Assembly (NCBI GenBank): GCA_051313645.2
Contig: JBNRSN020000031.1
Coordinates: forward strand, 3,286,001 to 3,350,000
Direction of reading: 5' to 3'
Length of the DNA: 64,000 nt
Origin: Centroscyllium fabricii
Taxonomy: Eukaryota
The translations under genes and the position numbers were made by a program. Of the stretch, positions 1 through 13,229 are shown one piece after another. How positions within the stretch are numbered: position 1 is the first letter of the stretch; each line of letters starts with the position of its first letter. The notes under the pieces are model-generated. The model was given only the letters and a program-made list of their open reading frames with translations. It ran no database searches and was not told the origin of the DNA.

Positions 1-1860
1 TATCATTGGCCCACAGGCATCTGTAAGGACTACCTTTCATATTCACGTAATCACATGCTGAATTACCATTGGCCCACAGGCATCTGTAAGGACTACCTAT
101 TATATTCACGTAATCACATGCTGAGTTATCATTGGACCACAGGCATCTGTAAGGACTACCTATTATGTTCACGTAATTACATGCTCAGATATCATTGGCC
201 CACAGGCATCTGTAAGGACTACCTATTATATTCACGTAATCTCATGCTGAATTATCATTGGCCCACGGGCATCTGTAAGGACTACCTATTATATTCACGT
301 AATCACATGCTGAGTTATCATTGGCCCGCAGGCATCTGTAAGGACTACCAATTATATTCACGTGATCAAATGCTGAGTTATCATTGGCCCACAGGCATAT
401 GTAAGGACTACTATTGTATTCACGTAACCAAATGCTGAGTTATCATTGTCCCACAGGCATCTGTAAGGACTACTATTGTATTCACGTAATCACATGCTGA
501 GTTATAATTGGCCCGCAGGCATCTGTAAGGACTACTTATTATATTCAGGAAATCACACGCTGAGTTATCATTGGCCCACAGGCATCTGTAAGGACTGCTA
601 TTATATTCACGTAATCACACGCTGAGTTATCATTGGCCCACTGGCATCTGTAAGGACGACTATTGTATTCACGTAATCAAATGCTGTGTTAACATTGGCC
701 CACAGGCATCTGTATGGTCTACTATTGTATTCACGTAATCACATGCTGAGTTATCATTGGCCCGCAGGCATCTGTAAGGACTACCTATTATATTCACATA
801 ATCACATGCTGAGTTATCATTGGCCCACAGTCATCTGTAAGGACTACTATTGTATTCACGTAACCAAATGCTGAGTTATCATTGGCCCACAGGCATCTGT
901 AAGGACTACTAATGTATTCACGTAATCACAGGCTGAGTTATCATTGGCCCGCAGGCATCTGTAAGGACTACCTATTATATTCACATAATCAAATGCTGAG
1001 TTATCATTGGCCCACAGGCATCTGTAAGGACTACTATTATATTCACGTAATCACATGCTGAGTTATCATTGGCCCACTGGCATCTGTAAGGACTACTATT
1101 GTATTCACGTAATCAAATCCTGAGTAATCATTGGCCCACAGACATCTGTAAGGACTACTAATGTATTCACGTAATCACATGCTGAGTTATCATTGGCCCA
1201 CAGGCATCTGTTAGGACTACCTATTATATTCACATGATCACATGCTGAGTTATCATTGGCCCACAGGGATCTGTAAGGACTACTATTGTATTCACGTAAC
1301 CAAATGCTGAATAATCATTGGCCCACAGGCATCTGTAAGGACTACTAATGTATTCACGTAATCACAGGCTGAGTTATCATTGGCCCGCAGGCATCTGTAA
1401 GGACAACCTATTATATTCATGTAATCACATGCTGTGTTATCATTGGCCTGCAGGCATCTGTAAGAACTTCCTATTATATTCACATAATCACATACTGAGT
1501 TATCATTGGCCCACAGTCATCTGTAAGGACTACTACTGTATTCACGTAACCAAATGCTGAGTTATCATTGGCCCACAGGCATCTGTAAGGACTACTAATG
1601 TATTCACGTAATCACAGGCTGAGTTATCATTGGCCCGCTGGCATCTGTAAGGACTACCTATTATATTCACATAATCACATGCTGAGTTATCATTGGCCCA
1701 CAGGCATCTGTAAGGACTACTATTATATTCACGTAATCACATGCTGAGTTATCATTGGCCCACTGGCATCTGTAAGGACTACTATTGTATTCACGTAATC
1801 AAATCCTGAGTAATCATTGGCCCACAGGCATCTGTAAGGACTACTATTGTATTCACGTAA
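1..1860. repeat. Multi-kb segmental duplicate, copy A (rich in 62-bp monomers)
   Basis: The same order of variant monomers recurs at +6017 (ORFs 686/6703, 1292/7309, 1348/7365, ORF ends 438/6455) and at about +13,170 to +13,230. Confidence 0.9.
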
Positions 1861-1974
1861 TCACATGCTGAGTTATCATTGGCCCACAGGCATCTGTAAG
1901 GACCACCTATTATATTCACGTAATCACATGCTGAATTATCATTGGCCCACAGGCATCTGTAAGGACTACCTATT

Positions 1975-4360
1975 ATATTCGCGTAATCACATGCTGAGTT
2001 ATCATTGGCCCACAGGCATCTGTAAGGACAACCTATTATATTCAGGTAATCAAAAGCTGAGATATCATTGGCCCACAGGCATCTGTAAGGACTACCTATT
2101 ATATTCACGTAATCACATGCTAAGTTATAATTGGCCCACAGGCATCTGTAAGGACTACCTATTATATTCACGTAATCACGTGCTGAATTATCATTGGCCC
2201 ACAGCCATCTGTAAGGACTACCTATTATATTCAAGTAATCACATGCTGAGTTATCATTGGCCCGCAGGCATCTGTAAGGACTAACAATTATATTCACGCG
2301 ATCACATGCTGAGTTATCATTGGCCCACAGGCATCTGTAAGGACTACTATTATATTCACGTAATCAAATGTTGAGTTATCATTGGCCCACTGGCATCTGT
2401 AAGGACTACTATTGTATTCATGTAATCGAATGCTGAGTTATCATTGGACCACAGGAATCTGTAAGGACTACTATTGTATTCACGTAATAACATGCTTAGT
2501 TATCATTGGCCCGCAGGCATCTGTAAGGACTACCTATTATATTCACGTAACAACATGCTGAGTTATCATTGGCCCACAGGCATCTGTATGGACTACCTAT
2601 TATATTCACGTAATCACATGCCGAGTTATCATTGGCCCACAGGCATCTGTAAGGACTACCTATTATATTCACGTAATCACAAGCTGAGATATCATTGGCC
2701 CACAGGCATCTGTAAGGACTACCTATTATATTCACGTAATCACATGCTAAGTTATCATTGGCCCACGGGCATCTGTAAGGACTACCTATTATATTCACAT
2801 AATCACATGCTGAATTATCATTGGCCCACAGCCATCTGTAAGGACTACCTATTATATTCACGTAATCAGATGCTGAGTTATCATTGGCCCGCAGGCATCT
2901 GTAAGGACTACCAATTATATTCACGTGATCACATGCTGAGTTATCATTGGCCCACAGGAATCTGTAAGGACTACTATTATATTCACGTAATCACATGCTG
3001 AGTTATCATTGGCCCACAGGCATCTGTAAGGACTACCTATTATATTCACGTACTCACATGATGAGTTATCATTGGCCCACAGGCTTCTGTAAGGACTTCC
3101 TATTATATTCACCTAATCAAATGCTGAGTTATCATTGGCCCACAGGCATCTGTAAGGACTACCTATTATATTCGCGTAATCACATGCTGAGTTATCATTG
3201 GCCCACAGGCATCTGTAAGGACTACCTATTATATTCAGGTAATCAAAAGCTGAGATATCATTGGCCCACAGGCATCTGTAAGGACTACCTATTATATTCA
3301 CGTAATCACATGCTAAGTTATAATTGGCCCACAGGCATCTGTAAGGACTACCTATTATATTCACGTAATCACGTGCTGAATTATCATTGGCCCACAGCCA
3401 TCTGTAAGGACTACCTATTATATTCAAGTAATCACATGCTGAGTTATCATTGGCCCGCAGGCATCTGTAAGGACTAACAATTATATTCACGCGATCACAT
3501 GCTGAGTTATCATTGGCCCACAGGCATCTGTAAGGACTACTATTATATTCACGTAATCAAATGTTGAGTTATCATTGGCCCACTGGCATCTGTAAGGACT
3601 ACTATTGTATTCATGTAATCGAATGCTGAGTTATCATTGGACCACAGGAATCTGTAAGGACTACTATTGTATTCACGTAATAACATGCTTAGTTATCATT
3701 GGCCCGCAGGCATCTGTAAGGACTACCTATTATATTCACGTAACAACATGCTGAGTTATCATTGGCCCACAGGCATCTGTATGGACTACCTATTATATTC
3801 ACGTAATCACATGCCGAGTTATCATTGGCCCACAGGCATCTGTAAGGACTACCTATTATATTCACGTAATCACAAGCTGAGATATCATTGGCCCACAGTC
3901 ATCTGTAAGGACTACCTATTATATTCACGTAATCACATGCTAAGTTATCATTGGCCCACGGGCATCTGTAAGGACTACCTATTATATTCACATAATCACA
4001 TGCTGAATTATCATTGGCCCACAGCCATCTGTAAGGACTACCTATTATATTCACGTAATCAGATGCTGAGTTATCATTGGCCCGCAGGCATCTGTAAGGA
4101 CTACCAATTATATTCACGTGATCACATGCTGAGTTATCATTGGCCCACAGGAATCTGTAAGGACTACTATTATATTCACGTAATCACATGCTGAGTTATC
4201 ATTGGCCCACAGGCATCTGTAAGGACTACCTATTATATTCACGTACTCACATGATGAGTTATCATTGGCCCACAGGCTTCTGTAAGGACTTCCTATTATA
4301 TTCACCTAATCAAATGCTGAGTTATCATTGGCCCACAGGCATCTGTAAGGACTACCTATT
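1975..4360. repeat. Tandem duplication of a 1193-bp unit (19 monomers: 15x63 + 4x62)
   Basis: TTCGCGTAAT variant base at 1981 and 3174. ORF pairs 2474/3667, 2921/4114 and 2995/4188 are all offset by 1193. Confidence 0.93.
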
Positions 4361-6017
4361 ATATTCAGGTAATCACATGCTGAATTATCATTGGCCAACA
4401 GGCATCTGTAAGGACTACCTATTATATTCACGTAATCACATGCTGAGTTATCATTGGCCCACAGGCATCTGTAAGGACTACCTATTATATTCACGTAATC
4501 ACATGCTGAATTATCATTGGCCCACAGGCATCTGTAAGGACTACCAATTATATTCACGTAATCACATGCTGAGTTATCATTGGCCCACAGACATCTGTAA
4601 GGACGACATATTATATTCACGTAATCACATGCTGAGATATCATTGACCCACAGGCATCTGTAAGGATTACCTATTATATTCACGTAATCACATGCTAAGT
4701 TATCATTGGCCCACAGGCATCTGTAAGGACTACCTATTATATTCACGTAATCATATGCTGAGTTATCATTGGCCCGCAGGCATCTGTAAGGACTACCAAT
4801 TATATTCACATGATCACATGCTGAGTTATCATTGGCCCACAGGGATCTGTATGGACTACTATTGTATTCACGTAACCAAATGCTGAGTTATCATTGGCCC
4901 ACAGGCATCTCTAAGGACGACATATTATATTCACATAATCACATGCTGAGATATCATTGACCCACTGGCATCTGTAAGGACTACTATTGTATTCACGTAA
5001 TCAAATCCTGAGTTATCATTGGCCCACAGGCATCTGTAAGGACTACTATTGTATTCACGTAATCACATGCTGAGTTATCATTGGCTCACAGGCATCTGTT
5101 AGGACTACCTATTATATTCACATGATCACATGCTGAGTTATCATTGGCCCACAGGGATCTGTAAGGACTACTATTGTATTCACGTAACCAAATGCTGAAT
5201 TATCATTGGCCCACAGGCATCTGTAAGGACTACTAATGTATTCACGTAATCACAGGCTGAGTTATCATTGGCCCGCAGGCATCTGTAAGGACTACCTATT
5301 ATATTCACGTAATCACATGCTGAGTTATCATTGGCCCACAGGCATCTGTAAGGACTACTATTATATTCACGTAATCATATGCTGAGTTATCATTGGCCCA
5401 CAGGCATCTGTAAGGTCTACCTATTATATTCACGTAATCACATGCTGTGTTATCATTGGCCCAAAGGCATCTGTAAGGACTACCTATTATATTCATGTAA
5501 TCACATGCTGAGTTATCATTGGCCCACAGGCATTTGTAAGAACTACCTATTTTATTCACGTAATCACATGCTGAGATATCATTGGCCCACAGGCATCTGT
5601 AAGGATTACCTATTATATTCACGTAATCACATGATGAGTTATCATTGGCCCACAGGAAACTGTAAGGACTACCAATTATATTCCCGTAATAATATGCTGA
5701 GTTATCATTGGCCCACAAGCAGCTGTAAGGACTACCTATTATATTCACGTAATCAAATGCTGAGTTATCATTGGCCCACAGGCATCTTTAAGGACTACCT
5801 ATTATATTCAGGTAATCACATGCTGAATTATCATTGGCCCACAGGCATCTGTAAGGACTACCTATTATATTCACGTCATCACATGCTCAGTTATCATTGG
5901 CCCACAGGCATCTGTAAGGACTACCTGTTATATTCACGTAATCACATGCTGAGATATCATTGGCCCACAGCCATCTGTAAGGACTACCTATTATATTCAC
6001 GTAATCACATGCTGAGT

Positions 6018-7880
6018 TATCATTGGCCCACAGGCATCTGTAAGGACTACCCTTCATATTCACGTAATCACATGCTGAATTACCATTGGCCCACAGGCAT
6101 CTGTAAGGACTACCTATTATATTCACGTAATCACATGCTGAGTTATCATTGGACCACCGGCATCTGTAAGGACTACCTATTATGTTCACGTAATTACATG
6201 CTCAGATATCATTGGCCCACAGGCATCTGTAAGGACTACCTATTATATTCACGTAATCTCATGCTGAATTATCATTGGCCCACAGGCATCTGTAAGGACT
6301 ACCTATTATATTCACGTAATCACATGCTGAGTTATCATTGGCCCGCAGGCATCTGTAAGGACTACCAATTATATTCACGTGATCACATGCTGAGTTATCA
6401 TTGGCCCACAGGCATATGTAAGGACTACTATTGTATTCACGTAACCAAATGCTGAGTTATCATTGTCCCACAGGCATCTGTAAGGACTACTGTTGTATTC
6501 ACGTAATCACATGCTGAGTTATAATTGGCCCGCAGGCATCTGTAAGGACTACTTATTATATTCACGTAATCACACGCTGAGTTATCATTGGCCCACAGGC
6601 ATCTGTAAGGACTGCTATTATATTCACGTAATCACACGCTGAGTTATCATTGGCCCACTGGCATCTGTAAGGACGACTATTGTATTCACGTAATCAAATG
6701 CTGTGTTAACATTGGCCCACAGGCATCTGTATGGTCTACTATTGTATTCACGTAATCACATGCTGAGTTATCATTGGCCCGCAGGCATCTGTAAGGACTA
6801 CCTATTATATTCACATAATCACATGCTGAGTTATCATTGGCCCACAGTCATCTGTAAGGACTACTATTGTATTCACGTAACCAAATGCTGAGTTATCATT
6901 GGCCCACAGGCATCTGTAAGGACTACTAATGTATTCACGTAATCACAGGCTGAGTTATCATTGGCCCGCAGGCATCTGTAAGGACTACCTATTATATTCA
7001 CATAATCACATGCTGAGTTATCATTGGCCCACAGGCATCTGTAAGGACTACTATTATATTCACGTAATCACATGCTGAGTTATCATTGGCCCACTGGCAT
7101 CTGTAAGGACTACTATTGTATTCACGTAATCAAATCCTGAGTAATCATTGGCCCACAGGCATCTGTAAGGACTACTAATGTATTCACGTAATCAAATGCT
7201 GAGTTATCATTGGCCCACAGGCATCTGTTAGGACTACCTATTATATTCACATGATCACATGCTGAGTTATCATTGGCCCACAGGGATCTGTAAGGACTAC
7301 TATTGAATTCACGTAACCAAATGCTGAATAATCATTGGCCCACAGGCATCTGTAAGGACTACTAATGTATTCACGTAATCACAGGCTGAGTTATCATTGG
7401 CCCGCAGGCATCTGTAAGGACAACCTATTATATTCATGTAATCACATGCTGTGTTATCATTGGCCCGCAGGCATCTGTAAGGACTACCTATTATATTCAC
7501 ATAATCACATACTGAGTTATCGTTGGCCCACAGTCATCTTTAAGGACTACTATTGTATTCACGTAACCAAATGCTGAGTTATCATTGGCCCACAGGCATC
7601 TGTAAGGACTACTAATGTATTCACGTAATCACAGGCTGAGTTATCATTGGCCCGCAGGCATCTGTAAGGACTACCTATTATATTCACATAATCACATGCT
7701 GAGTTATCATTGGCCCACAGGCATCTGTAAGGACTACTATTATATTCACGTAATCACATGCTGAGTTATCATTGGCCCACTGGCATCTGTAAGGACTACT
7801 ATTGTATTCACGTAATCAAATCCTGAGTAATCATTGGCCCACAGGCATCTGTAAGAACTACTATTGTATTCACGTAATCA
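6018..7880. repeat. Multi-kb segmental duplicate, copy B
   Basis: Offset 6017 from copy A. Shared rare variants include TATGTTCACGTAATTAC, GGCATATGT, CATTGTCCC and GCTGTGTTAACA; ORF 6703..6891 is identical to 686..874. Confidence 0.9.
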
Positions 7881-10259
7881 CATGCTGAGTTATCATTGGC
7901 CCACAGGCATCTGTAAGGACTACTAATGTATTCACGTAATCACAGGCTGAGTTATCATTGGCCCGCAGGCATCTGTAAGGACAACCTATGATATTCATGT
8001 AATCACATGCTGTGTTATCATTGGCCCAAAGGCATCTGTAAGGACTACCTATTATATTCACGTAATCACATGCTGAGTTATCATTGGCCCACAGGCATTT
8101 GTAAGGACTACCTATTATATTCACGTAATCACATGCTGAGATATCATTGGCCCACAGGCAACTGTAAGGATTACCTATTATATTCACGTAATCACATGAC
8201 GAGTTATCATTGGCCCACAGGAATCTGTAAGGACTACCTATTATATTCCCGTAATAATATGCTGAGTTATCATTGGCCCACAGGCAGCTGTAAGGACTAC
8301 CTATTATTTTCACGTAATCAAATGCTGAGTTATCATTGGCCCACAGGCATCTGTAAGGACTACCTATTATATTCAGGTAATCACATGATGAATTATCATT
8401 GGCCCCCAGGCATCTGTAAGGACTACCTATTATATTCACGTAATCACATGCTGAGTTATCATTGGCCCACAGGCATCTGTAAGGACTACCTGTTATATTC
8501 ACGTAATCACATGCTGAGTTATCATTGGCCCACAGGCATTTGTAAGGACTACCTATTATATTCACGTAATCACATGCTGAGTTATCATTGGCCCACAGGC
8601 ATCTGTAAGGACTACCTTTCATATTCACGTAATCACATGCTGAATTACCATTGGCCCATAGGCATCTGTAAGGACTACCTATTATATTCACGTAATCACA
8701 TGCTGAGTTTTCATTGGACCACAGGCATCTGTAAGGACTACCTATTATATTCACGTAATTACATGCTCAGATATCATTGGCCCACAGGCATCTGTAAGGA
8801 CTACCTTTTATATTCACGTAATCTCATGCTGAATTATCATTGGCCCACAGGCATCTGTAAGGACTACCTATTATATTCACGTAATCACATGCTGAGTTAT
8901 CATTGGCCCGCGGGCATCTGTAAGGACGACCAATTATATTCACGTGATCACATGCTGAGGTATCATTGACCCACAGGCATCTGTAAGGACTACTATTGTA
9001 TTCACGTAACCAAATGCTGAGTTATCATTGGCCCACAGGCATCTGTAAGGACTACTATTGTATTCACGTAATCACATGCTGAGTTATCATTGGCCCGCAA
9101 GCATCTGTAAGGACTACCTATTATATTCACGTAATCACACGCTGAGATATCATTGGCCCACAGGCATCTGTAAGGACTACTCTTATATTCACGTAATCAC
9201 ATGCTGAGTTATCATTGGCCCACTGGCATCTGTAAGGACGACTATTGTATTCACGTAATCAAATGCTGAGTTAACATTGGCCCACAGGCATCTGTATGGT
9301 CTACTATTGTATTCACATAATCACATGCTGAGTTATCATTGGCCCGCAGGCATCTGTAAGGACTACCTATTATATTCACATAATCACATGCTGAGTTATC
9401 ATTGGCCCACAGGCATCTGTAAGGACTACTATTATATTCACGTAATCATATGCTGAGTTATCATTGGCCCACAGGCATCTGTAAGGACTACCTAATACTT
9501 TCACGTAATCACATGCTGAGTTATCATTGGCCCACAGGCATCTGTAAGTTCTACCTATTATAATCACGTAATCACATGCTGAGTTATCATTGGCCCACAG
9601 GCATCTGTAAGGACTACCGATTATATTCACGTAATCACATGCTGAATTATCGTTGGACCACAGGCATTTGTAAGGACTACCTATTATATTCACGTAATCA
9701 CATGCTGAGTTATTATTGGCCCACAGGCATCTGTAAGGACAACCTATTATATTCACGTAATCACATGATGAGTTATCATAAGCCCACAGGCATCAGCAAG
9801 GGCTACCTATTATATTCCCGTAATAATCTGCTGAGTTATCATTGCCCACAGGCATCTGTAAGGATTACCTATTATATTCACATAATCAAATGCTGAGTTA
9901 TCATTGGCCCACAGGCATCTGTAAGGACTACCTATTATATTCAGGTAATCACATGCTGAATTCTGATTGGCCCACAGGCATCTGTAAGGACTAGCTAATA
10001 TATTCACGTAATCACATGCTGATTTATCATTGGCCCACAGGCATCTGTAAGGACTATCTGTTATATTCACGTAATCACATGCTGAGTTATCATTCGCCAA
10101 CAGGCATTTGTAAGGACTACCTATTATATTCACGTATTCACATGCTGAGTTATCATTGGCCCACAGGCATCTGTAAGGTCTACCTATTATATTTACGTAA
10201 TCACATGCTGAGTCATCATTGGCCAACAGGCATCTGTAAGGACTGCCTATTATATTCAC

Positions 10260-12590
10260 GTAATCATATGCTGAATTATCATCGGCCAACAGACATCTGT
10301 AAGGACAACCTATTGTATTCAAGTAATCACATGCTGAGTTATCATTGGCCCACAGGCATCTGTAAGGATTACCTATTATATTCACATAATCACATCCTGA
10401 GTTATCATTGGCCCACAGGCATCTGTATGGACTACGTATTTTATTCACGTAATCACATGCTGAGTTATCATTGGCCCACAGATATCTGTAAGGACTACCT
10501 GTTATATTCACGTAATCACATGCTGAGTTATCATTGGCCCACAGGCATTTGTAAGGACTACCTATTATATTCACGTATTCACATGCTGAGTTATCATTGG
10601 CCCACAGGCATCTGTAAGGACTACCTTTTATATTCACGTAATCACATGCTGAATTATCATTGGCCCACAGGCATCTGTAAGGACTACCTATTATATTCAC
10701 GTAATCACCTGCTGAGTTATCATTGGCCCACAGGCATCTGTAAGGAATAACTATTATATTCACGTAATCACATGCTGAGATATCATTGGCCCACAGGCAT
10801 CTGTAAGGACTACCTATTATATTCACGTAATCACATGCTAAGTTATCATTGGCCCACAGGCATCTGTAAGGACTACCTATTATATTCACGTAATCACATG
10901 CTGAATTATCATTGGCCCACAGGCATCTGTAAGGACTACCTATTATATACACGTAATCACATGCTGAGTTATCATTGGCCCGCAGGCATCTGTAAGGAGT
11001 ACCAATTATATTCACGTGATCACATGCTGAGTTATCATTGGCCCACAGGCATCTGTATGGTCTACTATTGTATTCACGTAATCACATGCTGAGTTATCAT
11101 TGGCGCGCAGGCATCTGTAAGGACTACCTATTATATTCACATAATCACATGCTGAGTTATCATTGGCCCACAGGCATCTGTAAGGAGAATTATTATTTTC
11201 ACGTAATCATATGCTGATTTATCATTGGCCCACAGGCATCTGTAAGGACTACCTAATATATTCACGTAACCACATGCTGAGTTATCATTGGCCCACAGGC
11301 ATCTGTAAGGACTACCTATTATAATCACGTAATCACATGCTGAGTTATCATTGGCCCACAAGCATCTGTAAGGACTACCTATTATATTCACGTAATCACA
11401 TGCCGAGTTATCATTGGCCCACAGGCATCTGTAAGGACTACCTATTATATTCACGTAATCACAAGCTGAGATATCATTGGCCCACAGGCATCTGTAAGGA
11501 CTACCTATTATATTCACGTAATCATATGCTGAGTTATCATCGGCCAACAGACATCTGTAAGGACAACATATTGTATTCAAGTAATCACATGCTGAGTTAT
11601 CATTGGCCCACAGGCATCTGTAAGGATTACCTATTATATTCACATAATCACATCCTGAGTTATCATTGGCCCACAGGCATCTGTATGGACTACGTATTTT
11701 ATTCACGTAATCACATGCTGAGTTATCATTGGCCCACAGATATCTGTAAGGACTACCTGTTATATTCACGTAATCACATGCTGAGTTATCATTGGCCCAC
11801 AGGCATTTGGAAGGAATAACTATTATATTCACGTAATCACATGCTGAGATATCATTGGCCCACAGGCATCTGTAAGGACTACCTATTATATTCACGTAAT
11901 CACATGCTAAGTTATCATTGGCCCACAGGCATCTGTAAGGATTACCTATTATATTCACGTAATCACATGCTGAATTATCATTGGCCCACAGGCATCTGTA
12001 AGGACTACCTATTATATACACGTAATCACATGCTGAGTTATCATTGGCCAGCAGGCATCTGTAAGGAGTACCAATTATATTCACGTGATCACATGCTGAG
12101 TTATCATTGGCCCACAGGCATCTGTATGGTCTACTATTGTATACACGTAATCACATGCTGAGTTATCATTGGCGCGCAGGCATCTGTAAGGACTACCTAT
12201 TATATTCACATAATCACATGCTGAGTTATCATTGGCCCACAGGCATCTGTAAGGAGAATTATTATATTCACGTAATCATATGCTGATTTATCATTGGCCC
12301 AGAGGCATCTGTAAGGACTACCTAATATATTCACGTAACCACATGCTGAGTTATCATTGGCCCACAGGCATCTGTAAGGACTACCTATTATAATCACGTA
12401 ATCACATGCTGAGTTATCATTGGCCCACAAGCATCTGTAAGGACTACCTATTATATTCACGTAATCACATGCCGAGTTATCATTGGCCCACAGGCATCTG
12501 TAAGGACTACCTATTATATTCACGTAATCACAAGCTGAGATATCATTGGCCCACAGGCATCTGTAAGGACTACCTATTATATTCACGTAA
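10260..12590. repeat. Tandem duplication, period 1069 bp (17 monomers), with an upstream part at 1258 bp (20 monomers)
   Basis: ORF pairs 10772/11841, 11137/12206 and 11337/12406 are offset by 1069. CGGCCAACAGAC at 10283 and 11541 is offset by 1258 = 1069+189. Confidence 0.88.
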
Positions 12591-13229
12591 TCACATGCTA
12601 AGTTACCATTGGCCCACAGGCAGCTTTAAGGACTACCTATTATATTCACATAATCACATGCTGAATTATCATGGGCCCACAGCCATCTGTAAGGACTACC
12701 TATTATATTCACGTAATCAGATGCTGAGTTATCATTGGCCCGCAGGCATCAGTAAGGACTACCAATTATATTCACGTGATCACATGCTGAGTTATCATTG
12801 GCCCACATGAATCTGTAAGGACTATTATTATATTCACGTAATCACATGCTGAGTTATCATTGGCCCACTGGCATCTGTAAGGACTAATATTGTATTCATG
12901 TAACCACATGCTGAGTTATCATTGGCCCACAGGCATCTATAAGGTCTACTATTATATTTACGTAATCATAACTGAGTTATCATTGGCCCACAGGCATCTG
13001 TAAGGACTACCTATTATATTCACGTAATCACATGCTGTGTTATCATTGGCCCACAGGCATCTGTAAGGACTACCTATTATATTCACATAATCACATGCTG
13101 AGTTATCATTGGCCCACAGGCATCTGTAAGGACTACCTATTATATTCACGTAATCACATGCTGAGTTATCATTGGCCCACAGGCATCTGTAAGGACTACC
13201 TATTATATTCACGTAATCACATGCTGAAT

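Noticed and set aside
49-58. Budding-yeast point centromere (CDEI match ATCACATG)
   Set aside because: There is no long AT-rich CDEII or CDEIII, and point centromeres are not tandemly repeated.
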